Below are positions 1-10,063 of a DNA stretch of 64,000 nt, piece by piece; position 1 is the first letter of the stretch; every line of letters starts with the position of its first letter. Origin of the DNA: a bacterium (GTDB lineage Bacteria > CAYTYR01 > UBA6262); NCBI GenBank assembly GCA_028712895.1, contig JAQTPL010000004.1:1682-65681 (forward strand). The letters run 5' to 3'. The position numbers and the translations under genes are program-made. The notes below the pieces were generated by a model. The model worked only from the letters and a program-made list of their open reading frames with translations, was not told where the DNA came from and made no database searches.

Positions 1-1013
1 AATAATGGGCTGATATACCGGGTGGCATAAAAACCGTAACCCAACAAAGGTTTGGAAAGCCATATATTTAAGCTGGCCAGCCATAATTGCGGTCTGACCC
101 CTACAGAGTTAGAGGCAAAGTCACCACCGCTGAAAATGTTTGCAAAGGAGGACAGAGCCCTTTCCCAAACAGTTTTAGGCAAGATCACCGGCACCAGTAG
201 TAATCCCAAAATAGCTACGGCAAATAAACCGCGATATCTGATAACAGCCAGGACCAGGATGGTTATGACAAAAGCAAAATATGAACTGCGGGATAAAGTA
301 TACATAAAAGGATAAAGGAACAGAATAAATAAAAAACCGTACCAGGTTTTAGACCATCCCCCTTTGGTGCCAAAAAATAAACTGGCCAGCAGGCCCAGAA
401 AAATGAGAAAATAGGCTCCAGCTATATTATGATTACCCGCCGGATCGAATCCCAGGGTCACCATCCCCTTCCAGGCTTTGGGATTATAGACGAGGTTAAA
501 GATATGCTGATGGATACCGATAAAAGCTAAAAAAATGCCTATGCCGATCATGAGTTTCAGGTACATTTTTATTTCTGCCTTGGTCTCTACCAGGCTTACT
601 ACCAACACAAAAACCAAGCCATATTCCATTATTTTCAGCAAATGCAAAGCTGATACCAGGAATTGGTTAAAAGTAAGATTTAAGTAGGCCATAATAAGTG
701 AAATTACCCCTACACCGGTTGCTACCAGCAAGGGTACTCTGAGAGGAGTGTTGATTATTCTAGTCTTCTTATCACTTATCAATTTAGCCAGCCAGGATAT
801 TAACAACAAAAAAATAAACAGGTCATCGGTATTGGCAGTGATGTTCTGGCCGCCAAAACTGGCTAATTGTACCTCATAGGCCAAAGGAGTAGAGACAGCC
901 AATAGACATAATCCCCACTTGGCCCGCAGCATAAACAATAAAAACAACAGTACACTTAAGAGCAGTACCAGGAGCCAGGATAGCTGTATCCGGGCGTAAA
1001 TTACCTGCCACAT
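1..1013 (-). CDS. O-antigen ligase/polymerase (Wzy_C-like) polytopic membrane protein; C-terminus lies beyond the window edge
   Basis: Not in the ORF track. Hand translation of the minus frame from ATG 1013-1011 shows no stop down to nt 3. Very hydrophobic product (MWQVIYARIQLSWLLVLLLSVLL...) with ...NIWLSKPLLGYGFYATRY near the edge, resembling the Wzy_C loop region. Confidence 0.55.
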   Translation of the reverse strand, partial: MWQVIYARIQLSWLLVLLLSVLLFLLFMLRAKWGLCLLAVSTPLAYEVQLASFGGQNITANTDDLFIFLLLISWLAKLISDKKTRIINTPLRVPLLVATGVGVISLIMAYLNLTFNQFLVSALHLLKIMEYGLVFVLVVSLVETKAEIKMYLKLMIGIGIFLAFIGIHQHIFNLVYNPKAWKGMVTLGFDPAGNHNIAGAYFLIFLGLLASLFFGTKGGWSKTWYGFLFILFLYPFMYTLSRSSYFAFVITILVLAVIRYRGLFAVAILGLLLVPVILPKTVWERALSSFANIFSGGDFASNSVGVRPQLWLASLNIWLSKPLLGYGFYATRYISPL

Positions 1014-1050
1014 GATAGCTGCCAGGATAGCTACGATTAGTATGAGCAGA

Positions 1051-2322
1051 TCAACTTTCTTGTTTTCCACACCTTAGCTCCATCGCTGCTGCCAATCCCA
1101 GCAGCATCATAAATAAAAAAGTAAATTTATCATCCAGGAAGAAAGTACCGAAAGAGCTGATCACTATGAACCAGGTTATTCCCCCCAACAAACCCAGGCC
1201 AAAGGGATGATACTCTGGTTCTGCCGCTACCGCAAGTGTCCAGGCTTTTTTAACAGCTCCAATACAAATTAGTATCAAAGCAGACAGGCCTAGCAATCCG
1301 GTTTCTACAGCGATCTGCAGGAAATTATTATGAACCGGGATCGCTCCGGGATCACCATACCCGTGGCTGGCGATCCCTATGCCCAATAATGGCTGGGATT
1401 GTATATCAGACAGGGCTTTACCCCATAAATCAACCCTGGTAGTATTGGTACTGTACCCAGTATTGATAATAGATAAGAACCTAATCCGAAAATCAGGGAT
1501 ACTGAATATAGTCAAAGCAGTTAAAACCAGCACCAAGCCTATCCCATACCTGGTATATTTGTCCCTGGATACTGCCATCATGACGATTATGGCTGCCAGG
1601 CAGCCCAGCCAGGCCCCACGCACATAGGTAAAAAGCAGACAGGCCATCATCAGCAATAAAACTCCTGCTCTAATACATAGTTTAGCGGCCTTTTGTTTTT
1701 TAAAAGTGAACGGTATAATTAAGGGGATGATCAATCCCAAATAAGCGGCAAAAGTGATAACATCCGTAAACGTGCCGAAGCTGCGGACTGCTTTATTTTC
1801 TACCAGTAGCCAGTTTACCCCCCACTGCCCAACCTTAAGCCGCTCGTGTAAAGTATCCGCGTCCATTAATAGATCAGCTATTTTAGTATGCGCCAGCCGG
1901 AAAATAGTTTCCGGGGTCTGGAAGTGCTGCCATAATCCCAATAAGCTTAATAGTATACCTGAGGCGATTATCGCTTTTAATACCTTATGCGCCTCGCCCG
2001 TCGACTTAACCGAATATTTTACTAAAAAATATAGAGACAGGAAAAAAGACCACTTTACCAGATACTTCAGGCTATGGGACATATTTTGCGCCTTTAAAAC
2101 AGAAAAAGCCATAATCACAATGAAAGCAATTATGGCATAATCAAGCAGTTCTGGCTTAAAAGTCTTTTTGGCCTTATTGAAAGGAAGTAAGAATAAAGCT
2201 ACCCCGGCTAAAACTGCCGCCAAACTACTGGTTAAATTACGATAAATATTAAAATAGAACGGAAAAGGTATGAGAAACACAATTATCTGAATGATCGCAA
2301 CCGGCAAAAATAGCATCATCAT
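1051..2322 (-). CDS. O-antigen ligase family membrane protein (WaaL/Wzy_C-like)
   Basis: 423 aa with many hydrophobic helices. Loop motif QPLLGIGIASHGYGDPGAIPVHNNFLQIAVETGLLGL is typical of the Wzy_C domain. Confidence 0.75.
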   Translation of the reverse strand: MMMLFLPVAIIQIIVFLIPFPFYFNIYRNLTSSLAAVLAGVALFLLPFNKAKKTFKPELLDYAIIAFIVIMAFSVLKAQNMSHSLKYLVKWSFFLSLYFLVKYSVKSTGEAHKVLKAIIASGILLSLLGLWQHFQTPETIFRLAHTKIADLLMDADTLHERLKVGQWGVNWLLVENKAVRSFGTFTDVITFAAYLGLIIPLIIPFTFKKQKAAKLCIRAGVLLLMMACLLFTYVRGAWLGCLAAIIVMMAVSRDKYTRYGIGLVLVLTALTIFSIPDFRIRFLSIINTGYSTNTTRVDLWGKALSDIQSQPLLGIGIASHGYGDPGAIPVHNNFLQIAVETGLLGLSALILICIGAVKKAWTLAVAAEPEYHPFGLGLLGGITWFIVISSFGTFFLDDKFTFLFMMLLGLAAAMELRCGKQES

Positions 2323-2328
2323 TGCTCA

Positions 2329-3171
2329 TTAAGACTTTTTAGAATAGGTAACCAGGTAATCCTTAAGTAGAACCAGGATAACAGCTAACAAAAATCCTAC
2401 TATTGCCGCCACGGTTATATTAGCGCTGCGGTTAAACTTGACAGGTATTCTTGGTTTAACCGGATAAGACAGAATTTTAGTGCTTTCCGCCTGATCTGCC
2501 AATATTTCCACCTGGCTCAATTCTTTTTTCATTTTTACTATCGTGGCCTTCTTTTCAGCGACACTATCACTTAAAAACATAAGCCGTATAGAGTCTGCCT
2601 GGGAATCACTTTGCAAGGCGATCATCCTTTTCTGCAGTGCAGCCATTTCTTTTTCATTCTCCATAATATATTTCTGCAGGTCAGTCCGGTATTGATCATA
2701 GATCTGGATCCTCTTCGCAAAGATACTCTTATGGTCATCAATGATCTTGGCCGCGATATCTTCCGCTATCTTTAGAGCAGCCTTACTCTGTGGATATCTG
2801 ATGAGTATCCTGGCTATATCACTCTTGTCCATAAGCTCCACTTTAATTATACGTTCTATTTCATTAAGGCTAATATCCTTACCAGTGGCACGCTGCATAA
2901 GCCCCTGTATCTCCGGATTGCGAATAGAATTGGCAAATTCTTCTTTAGACACCAGGTTTACCTTAAAAAAAACAATATTATCCCGGGTTACTTCCTTATT
3001 GTCATTGAATGAGCCTATCCTAATTTTAAAATCTGTCTCATAGACGGGGCTTAAGACTGTTTTTCCTAGGACTATGCCTACTAAAATAAAAGCCAGGGTT
3101 ATCGCCATAATGGTTATTTTATTGTGCCAAAGCATATAAAAATAATATCCTAATTCTTTTTTGTCTTCCAT
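2329..3171 (-). CDS. Wzz-like polysaccharide co-polymerase (chain-length determinant), no kinase domain
   Basis: 280 aa. N-terminal TM (ITIMAITLAFILVGIVLG), long charged/coiled middle, C-terminal TM (ITVAAIVGFLLAVILVLL). Confidence 0.6.
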   Translation of the reverse strand: MEDKKELGYYFYMLWHNKITIMAITLAFILVGIVLGKTVLSPVYETDFKIRIGSFNDNKEVTRDNIVFFKVNLVSKEEFANSIRNPEIQGLMQRATGKDISLNEIERIIKVELMDKSDIARILIRYPQSKAALKIAEDIAAKIIDDHKSIFAKRIQIYDQYRTDLQKYIMENEKEMAALQKRMIALQSDSQADSIRLMFLSDSVAEKKATIVKMKKELSQVEILADQAESTKILSYPVKPRIPVKFNRSANITVAAIVGFLLAVILVLLKDYLVTYSKKS

Positions 3172-3197
3172 ACTGCCTCCTTAGCTTATTATGATCA

Positions 3198-5048
3198 TTA
3201 GTCTGTATTTTTATAGGTCGGGACCAGGTCTTTGATCTTTTCCTTTATTTTATCGCCATCCATAAGCTCAGCTAATCTTTCAAGCTCCTTGATCTTCCGG
3301 CGCAATTTACCCGCATCGAATTCTTTGGGCTGGGTAATATATATTTTATTATGCTTGGTTACTTTATCTTTTTCGGCATCCAGCAAGATCTCTTCATACA
3401 GTTTTTCACCCGGCCGCAAGCCGATGTATTTAATGGCAATATCCTTATCTATACTTAAACCTGACAGGGTTATCAGGTCCCTGGCAATATCCACAATTTT
3501 TATCTGCTCTCCCATGTCCAGGATAAATATTTCCCCGCCATTACCCAGGGCGCCGGCCTGGATCACCAATTGGGCAGCTTCCGGGATGCTCATAAAATAC
3601 CGTCTGGCTTCCGGATGGGTGATCGTGATCGGACCGCCATCATCGATCTGTTTTTTAAACAATGGTACAACGCTGCCATCTGAACCCAGGACATTGCCGA
3701 ACCTGACCGCTATATATTTTGTCCGGCTTACTTTGGCTTTGGATTGCAGGACCATCTCCGCGATCCTTTTAGTCGCTCCCATGACACTGGTTGGGTGCAC
3801 TGCTTTATCTGTGGAGATCAGCACGAATCTCTCCACTTTGTAATGATCCGCGGCATAGATCAGGTTGCGGGTACCGACAATATTGTTTTTAACCGCAGCT
3901 GGCGGATTTTCCTCCATTAAAGGTACGTGCTTATGAGCTGCTGCGTGAAAAATAACCTGCGGCTGATATTTGGAAAACGTATGTTTCAATAAGCCAATGT
4001 CCTTGATATCGCCGATTATAGTTTTGAAATTAACAGCCGGATATTTAGTCTTGAATTCAACTACCAGGAAATAGACATCATTTTCATTATGGTCAAATAA
4101 GATGACTTCTTTAGGAGTAAAACGGACTATCTGGCGGCAAAGCTCAGAACCTATCGAGCCGCCTGCCCCGGCTACGAGCACTCTTTTATTTTTAACATAG
4201 GAATTGATCTCTGTTTCATTTATCCTGACTACTTCCCGCCCTAATAAATCTTCCGGCCGTACCTGCCTGGGTTTCAGCTCCAGATTGCCTTTAATGATCT
4301 GGTCAAATTTAGGTACGATCTTAATATTAATACCCTTAATCTCACAATAGTGCAGGATCTTCCTGACCGCCTCTCCCTTGGCTGAAGGAATTGCCAGGAT
4401 CAGTTCCTCAATATTGTATTGTTCTACTAAGCGCGGGATATCTTTGCTGTAACCTAATACTTTTACGCCGTATATTTTTTGCCCTACTTTAAGCTTATCA
4501 TCATCAATAAAACCGACAACTTCATATCCGGTATTAGGATTATTCCGGCATTCTTTCAGGATCAGGATGCCAGCCTGACCCGCGCCAATAACCAGGCTTC
4601 TTTTCGTTTTTTGCAAATAAGCTGGTTTGTATTTCTCCCTATAGTACCGGCTAATAAAACGCACGCCGGAAACAAATGCGGTACAGATAAACCAGTCAAT
4701 AATTATTACTGACCGGGGATAGCCTGTAAAACTATGATAAAACAACACTCCCAGGGTGAACAGGATAGTAGAAAAAGTATTGGCTTTGATGATCTGCCAC
4801 AGATCATCAATGCTAAGATAACGCCAGAGACCGCCAAATAATCCATAATAGAAAAAAATAGACATCTTGATAAAGATCAATAACGGCAACGTCCGCAGGA
4901 TGATCGGGAAATATATCGCTTTATGCAGGGTAAAATCAAAACGAAGGTAAAAGGAAAAAGCATAGGCAAAAATAATAAAACCCAGGTGCAGCAGCACGAT
5001 CAGGGGCTTGCGGAAATCATGAATTATATTTTTAATTCGCTGTTTCAT
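3198..5048 (-). CDS. membrane-anchored NDP-sugar 4,6-dehydratase, PglF/CapD/WbpM family
   Basis: 616 aa. N-terminal TM helices, Rossmann segments VIGAGQAG and VLVAGAGGSIGSEL, and the family-typical MGATKRIAE segment. Confidence 0.85.
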   Translation of the reverse strand: MKQRIKNIIHDFRKPLIVLLHLGFIIFAYAFSFYLRFDFTLHKAIYFPIILRTLPLLIFIKMSIFFYYGLFGGLWRYLSIDDLWQIIKANTFSTILFTLGVLFYHSFTGYPRSVIIIDWFICTAFVSGVRFISRYYREKYKPAYLQKTKRSLVIGAGQAGILILKECRNNPNTGYEVVGFIDDDKLKVGQKIYGVKVLGYSKDIPRLVEQYNIEELILAIPSAKGEAVRKILHYCEIKGINIKIVPKFDQIIKGNLELKPRQVRPEDLLGREVVRINETEINSYVKNKRVLVAGAGGSIGSELCRQIVRFTPKEVILFDHNENDVYFLVVEFKTKYPAVNFKTIIGDIKDIGLLKHTFSKYQPQVIFHAAAHKHVPLMEENPPAAVKNNIVGTRNLIYAADHYKVERFVLISTDKAVHPTSVMGATKRIAEMVLQSKAKVSRTKYIAVRFGNVLGSDGSVVPLFKKQIDDGGPITITHPEARRYFMSIPEAAQLVIQAGALGNGGEIFILDMGEQIKIVDIARDLITLSGLSIDKDIAIKYIGLRPGEKLYEEILLDAEKDKVTKHNKIYITQPKEFDAGKLRRKIKELERLAELMDGDKIKEKIKDLVPTYKNTD

Positions 5049-5830
5049 TATGGTTTATACCCCAGGGCAAAGATTACTTTATACTCTAGTACAGGTTCAT
5101 TCCCTGCCAGTTTTGCCGGCGCCGTGTATTCAGCCAGGCCATCGGTTATTTCAGCAGGCATAGGCTTAAGCGCTCCGTAAAAAATCTTTTTAAATAGTTC
5201 TTTTCCCTTCATGGTTTTTGGCATCAGGTTTAATCGCACAACTACCTTCTTGATCACAGAGATCATAACACTCTTCCAGGATCCTTGTATAACATGACAA
5301 TCGCCAAAAAGAGTACATTGTTCATAGCCTTCCTGCTGCAGCAGGGCGGCCAGTTCGGCCGCTGAATAATAGCGGTAGCTGTAAGGACTGGGATTAAAAT
5401 CCGGCAACTCACGGTTAGCGGAACAAATAAGCAGCACCCCTCCCTTTTTTAATACCCGGCCGGCTTCCTTTATAAATTTTACCGCCTCCGGCAGATAATA
5501 AATAGCCTCGTAAAGAATAACTACCTCAAAACTTTCAGCAGCAAATGAAAGAGACTGGGCATCTTCCTGCTTTAATTCTATTCTGGCCCGGTCCTGGTAA
5601 CAATGCCGGGCGATAGCCAACAATTTTTCATCTATATCCACACCTGTGACAGTAGCAGCGTTTCTAGCCAAATACCCTAATCCCTGGCCTGAACCACAGG
5701 CAACCTCCAATACTTTTTTCCCCTGGCAAAACCCTGCGGCGAAACGGTACCTGGTATACATCCGCTGGATCTGTTCGGCAGTGACATTATAGCCGACTAC
5801 TTCTGTGACTGAACTATAATCGTTGCTCAT
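5048..5830 (-). CDS. class I SAM-dependent methyltransferase
   Basis: Motif I VLEVACGSGQGLGYLA. 260 aa. Start/stop overlap with neighbours. Confidence 0.75.
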   Translation of the reverse strand: MSNDYSSVTEVVGYNVTAEQIQRMYTRYRFAAGFCQGKKVLEVACGSGQGLGYLARNAATVTGVDIDEKLLAIARHCYQDRARIELKQEDAQSLSFAAESFEVVILYEAIYYLPEAVKFIKEAGRVLKKGGVLLICSANRELPDFNPSPYSYRYYSAAELAALLQQEGYEQCTLFGDCHVIQGSWKSVMISVIKKVVVRLNLMPKTMKGKELFKKIFYGALKPMPAEITDGLAEYTAPAKLAGNEPVLEYKVIFALGYKP

Positions 5831-6990
5831 AACGACAGTAATCCTTTTTCTACCAGATCCAACGTTTCCTTCTTTTTACAAAAACAGAATCGCACCTGGT
5901 TCTTTCCTTTACTTTTATCCGCATAGAAAGAAGTACCCGGGACAGTTGCAACTTTAGTCTCGGCGATCAATTTCCGGCTGAAATCGAAATCATTTTTTGC
6001 TTTTAATTTACTCATCAGGTCATCACATTCTGCAATTATATAATAAGCACCTTTAGGCAAAAAAGGGTTGAAGCCAGTCTTTAAAAGCAGCTTAAATAAC
6101 CTATCCCGGGAAGTTGCGTATTTGGATTGTAATTTCTGGTAATACGTATCCGGCAGGTTAAGGGCAAATACCGCCGCATGCTGCAACGGGGTAGGCGCTC
6201 CGACCGTAAGGAAATCATGTACTTTTCTTATCCTGGAAGTAATGGCCGGTGCGGCAATAGCCCAGCCCACCCTCCAACCGGTCACTGAATATGTTTTAGA
6301 AACAGAATTAATGGTAATGCTCCGCTCAGCCATGCCTTCTAAAGAAGCAATAGAAATATGTTCTGAACCGTCATAAAGTATGTGTTCATAGATCTCATCA
6401 GTAATTGCCAGGCAGTCCCACTTCCGGCATAAAGCAGCGATCTCGGTCAGCTCAGCCCTGGAAAAAACCTTGCCCGTAGGATTATTAGGAGTATTGATAA
6501 TGATAGCTTTGGTCTTACTATTAAATGCCGCTGCCAGTTCTTCCGGTTTATAGCGCCAATCAGGAGCATATAAAGTCACATAACGAGGCGTCGCACCTGA
6601 TAATATGGCATCAGGCCCGTAATTCTCATAAAACGGCTCAAATACTACTACTTCATCGCCTGGATTAATAATGGCCTTAAGGGCCGCTATCATGGCTTCG
6701 GTCGCGCCGCAAGTTACGGTTATTTCAGTTTCCGGGTCGGCTTTTATTTTATTATACCTCCCTGCCTTGGCCGCGATGGCTACCCGCAGTTCCGGTTCGC
6801 CAAAAGTCACCGGATACTGGTTAAAATCCTGCATAATGGCAGCGGCGGCGGCTTTCTTGATCTCCTCTTCCGCCGGAAAATCAGGGAACCCCTGCGACAG
6901 GTTGTAGCCGCCGGCAGCATCACAGATCCTGGTCATTTCCCGGATCACGGATTCGGTAAAAGTTTCGGTAATTCTTGATAAAGATTTCAC
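5827..6990 (-). CDS. PLP-dependent aminotransferase, class I/II fold
   Basis: NTPNNPTGKVF and SVSKTYSVTGWRVGW (PLP-lysine motif). Confidence 0.8.
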   Translation of the reverse strand: MKSLSRITETFTESVIREMTRICDAAGGYNLSQGFPDFPAEEEIKKAAAAAIMQDFNQYPVTFGEPELRVAIAAKAGRYNKIKADPETEITVTCGATEAMIAALKAIINPGDEVVVFEPFYENYGPDAILSGATPRYVTLYAPDWRYKPEELAAAFNSKTKAIIINTPNNPTGKVFSRAELTEIAALCRKWDCLAITDEIYEHILYDGSEHISIASLEGMAERSITINSVSKTYSVTGWRVGWAIAAPAITSRIRKVHDFLTVGAPTPLQHAAVFALNLPDTYYQKLQSKYATSRDRLFKLLLKTGFNPFLPKGAYYIIAECDDLMSKLKAKNDFDFSRKLIAETKVATVPGTSFYADKSKGKNQVRFCFCKKKETLDLVEKGLLSL

Positions 6991-6999
6991 GCTATATCC

Positions 7000-8109
7000 T
7001 TATTTATTAAAATATTTTTTAATTGTCGAGATTACATACCGCACTTGCCGGTCATCGATCTCCACATTCATCGGCAAGGAGATCACTTCTTTGGAAATGG
7101 ACTCAGTTTCCGGGAAGCCGGTATTTTTTAAAGCCAGGGCTTTATAGGCATAGTAAGGTTTCCGCCAATGGACCAGGCATTCTACCCCATTATCCTTAAG
7201 GTAGGCCAGTAAGTCATCACGCTTTTTATACCTGATCACATAATTCTGGAACACATCCCGGAAACGGTGATCAGCAAAATGCGGCAGGCCAAGGCCTTTA
7301 ATGCCCTGCAACCCTTGCCGGTACAGCGCGGCGATCTGCTGGCGGCGTTTGATCCAGTTCGGCAAATGCCTCAGTTTTATATCGAGGAAGGCGGCCTGCA
7401 AATTATCCAGCAGGCAAGTATAACCATGATAATGATAGGCCCCGGTTTCGCGGTCCTCACCATTCCAGCGCAATAATGTTGCCATGCGCGCTACTTTCGG
7501 ATCGTTGGTCGTGATCGCCCCGCCGTCGCCATACCCACCCAATATTTTGAAAGGATAAAAGCTCCAGCAGCCGCTCATGCCGATAGACCCGGCCCGCCGG
7601 CCTTTGAAAGATGCTCCCAGTGATTGGCAAGCGTCTTCAATGACCTTTAGTTTATATTTCCCGGCAATCTTCATGATCGCGTCCATATCGCTCATCCGGC
7701 CATTCAAATGGACCGGGATGATCGCTTTGGTTTTTTTAGTTATAGCTTTTTCAACCTTGGTTACATCCAGGTTATAATCAGGACCTACATCCACCATGAC
7801 TGGTTTGGCCCCGGCATTTACTACGGCTGAGGCAGTGGCCACAAAAGTATGCGCAGGAACAATCACTTCATCACCAGGGCCCACACCGGCGCACTGTACT
7901 GAAATATGCAAAGCATCATAGCCGCTATTAGTCCCGATGGCGTATTTAGCTCCCACGAACCTGGCCAGGTTCTTTTCAAAACTCTTTAGCTGGTCACGCA
8001 TAATAAGGTCACCTTTGCTCATGGCCTTAAAATACGCTGCATCAATCTCTTTCTTGATCAAGCGGTAGTTCTTAGCTGGATCAACAAAACGAACTTTGTA
8101 CTTCATCAC
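7000..8109 (-). CDS. DegT/DnrJ/EryC1-type NDP-ketosugar aminotransferase
   Basis: GTNSGYDALHI, VPAHTFVATA, SFYPFKILGGYGDGGAI (PLP Lys region). Confidence 0.85.
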   Translation of the reverse strand: MMKYKVRFVDPAKNYRLIKKEIDAAYFKAMSKGDLIMRDQLKSFEKNLARFVGAKYAIGTNSGYDALHISVQCAGVGPGDEVIVPAHTFVATASAVVNAGAKPVMVDVGPDYNLDVTKVEKAITKKTKAIIPVHLNGRMSDMDAIMKIAGKYKLKVIEDACQSLGASFKGRRAGSIGMSGCWSFYPFKILGGYGDGGAITTNDPKVARMATLLRWNGEDRETGAYHYHGYTCLLDNLQAAFLDIKLRHLPNWIKRRQQIAALYRQGLQGIKGLGLPHFADHRFRDVFQNYVIRYKKRDDLLAYLKDNGVECLVHWRKPYYAYKALALKNTGFPETESISKEVISLPMNVEIDDRQVRYVISTIKKYFNK

Positions 8110-8115
8110 GCCCCC

Positions 8116-9102
8116 TTAAGATAGTATCTTTTTTACGGCTTTAACTATTTCTTTGCTCCTGGGATAATACACTGCTTCCAAGGTCTTGCTGGAAGGCGCC
8201 GGGACATCTGGAAGCGCTACCCGCTGCAGCGGTTTCCTTAAATCAGTCCCGATCTTTTCCGCTACGAGCGCTGCTACTTCTGCCGAGAGCCCGCCGGTTT
8301 TCCAGCCGACATCGGCTATGACCAGCCTTTTGGTCTTGCTCACCGACCGGATGATCAGTTCCTGGTCAAGCGGTTTAGCTGAACGCAGGTCCAACACTTC
8401 CGCTGAAATACCTGCTAGTTCCAATTCCTGCGCTGCTTTTAAAGCTTCTGGAGCCATATAAGAGATAGCGACAATAGTTATATCTGTCCCTTTCTTCCTG
8501 ATCACGCCCTTACCAATAGGCACAGTATATAACTCTGTCGGCACATGCCCTTCGGTCCGGTATAGCCAACGGTCATCGATGAACACCACTGGATTCTCAT
8601 CCTGTATAGCTGCGGCCATTAATCCTTTTGCATCATAAGGAGTGGACGGCATCACTACTTTAAGCCCGGGAATATGGGCAAAAATACCATGGATCGCCTG
8701 GGAATGCTGTGCTGCCTGCTCCCCGCCGCGGTTGATGATACCCCAGACAACTAACGGCACGGTTGACTTTCCTCCGGTCATATAATGCCAATTGGCAGCT
8801 TCATTGATTATCGGGTCCAGGGCATACAGCATAAAATCCATCCGGGGATGAACCACTACCGGTCTCATCCCGGCTAGCGCTGCTCCCACTGCCGCCCCGG
8901 TAATGCCATTTTCAGAAACCGGGGTATCTATTACCCTGCTTGTCCCGTATTTTTCCAACAGGCCTTTGGCGGTATTACCTACATACCACGGGCTTTTGAC
9001 TCCCTGGCCGATCAGAAATACGCTTTTATCCCTGGACATCATCTGGTGCAGGGCTTCATTAATAGCTAAACTATATTGCAGGATCCTATTTTTTGCTGAC
9101 AT
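8116..9102 (-). CDS. ThDP-dependent 2-oxoacid dehydrogenase-type E1 beta subunit (transketolase-like)
   Basis: 328 aa. VIDTPVSENGITGAAVGAALAG pyrimidine-binding region and a C-terminal transketolase-like domain. Confidence 0.8.
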   Translation of the reverse strand: MSAKNRILQYSLAINEALHQMMSRDKSVFLIGQGVKSPWYVGNTAKGLLEKYGTSRVIDTPVSENGITGAAVGAALAGMRPVVVHPRMDFMLYALDPIINEAANWHYMTGGKSTVPLVVWGIINRGGEQAAQHSQAIHGIFAHIPGLKVVMPSTPYDAKGLMAAAIQDENPVVFIDDRWLYRTEGHVPTELYTVPIGKGVIRKKGTDITIVAISYMAPEALKAAQELELAGISAEVLDLRSAKPLDQELIIRSVSKTKRLVIADVGWKTGGLSAEVAALVAEKIGTDLRKPLQRVALPDVPAPSSKTLEAVYYPRSKEIVKAVKKILS

Positions 9103-10063
9103 AATAGCCTAATTCCTCTGGAGCTGGGTATTTACTATCACTGGCAAATTCCATAGCCTCTTTTACAGTCCTGGCCACAGAGCTTCTTGTTTGTTTTAGC
9201 TCAATAAGACGGTATATTTTCCGGCGCAGGAGATATTTTTCTAATGCCTCGATCGGGTCTTTGCCTTTCCATATAGCTACTTCCCTGGCCGGCCGGATAT
9301 CGGTCCGGCACCCTTGTACATTATCATCAGGACCAACATGTCCCCTCATCCGATAGGTCATGAATTCCAGCAAAACCGGACCTTTTCCTGCCCGGCACAA
9401 AGCAGCTGCTTTCGCCGCCAGGTCATAAACTTTCAAAACATCATTGCCGTCTTCGCGGAACGACGGGATACAGAATGGCTTGCCTGTGGCCACGATATTA
9501 TTGGCTGCCCGGCAGTCCTGCAGCGGCATATGGGTCGCGTAAAGGTTATTCTCGCAAACAAAAATTATCGGCAATTTTCTTAAGGAAGCAAAGTTAAGAG
9601 ATTCATAGAAAGTTCCTTCCCCGGTGGCACCGTCACCGAAAAAGCTAACCGCGATCCGGCCATCTTTCCTAATGCTGGCCGCCAAGGCCGCGCCGGTAGC
9701 TAGAGCAATAGTGCCGGCTACAATTGGGGCAGCTCCCAGGAATCCGGCTTCCGGAGCGCACACATGCATGGAACCGCCCCGTCCTTTGGCGCAACCTGTT
9801 TCTTTGCCATAAATTTCTGCGATCAGTCCTTTTAGCGTACCGCCATGCACCAAGTAATGGCCATGCGAACGATGGTTGCCGAAAACATAATCTTTCCTGG
9901 CTAAAACAGCGCCTATCCCCACCGCCACGGCTTCCTGCCCGCTGTATAAATGGACCGGGCACTTAACTTCACCCTTAATGATCGGCTCCACTAAGATCTC
10001 TTCGGCATAACGGATCACCAGCATATCAGTATACATTTTTTTAAGCAAATGTTTTGAATACAT
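9086..10063 (-). CDS. ThDP-dependent E1 alpha subunit
   Basis: ThDP-binding motif GDGATGEGTFYESLNFASLRKLPIIFVCENN. 17-nt overlap with the beta gene. Confidence 0.8.
   Translation of the reverse strand: MYSKHLLKKMYTDMLVIRYAEEILVEPIIKGEVKCPVHLYSGQEAVAVGIGAVLARKDYVFGNHRSHGHYLVHGGTLKGLIAEIYGKETGCAKGRGGSMHVCAPEAGFLGAAPIVAGTIALATGAALAASIRKDGRIAVSFFGDGATGEGTFYESLNFASLRKLPIIFVCENNLYATHMPLQDCRAANNIVATGKPFCIPSFREDGNDVLKVYDLAAKAAALCRAGKGPVLLEFMTYRMRGHVGPDDNVQGCRTDIRPAREVAIWKGKDPIEALEKYLLRRKIYRLIELKQTRSSVARTVKEAMEFASDSKYPAPEELGYYVSKK

Noticed and set aside
8116-10063. E1 alpha/beta as a housekeeping pyruvate or acetoin dehydrogenase complex
   Set aside because: There are no E2/E3 genes in 64 kb, and the pair is embedded and translationally coupled within sugar-modifying genes. 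The housekeeping role is judged unlikely but is not excluded without a phylogeny.
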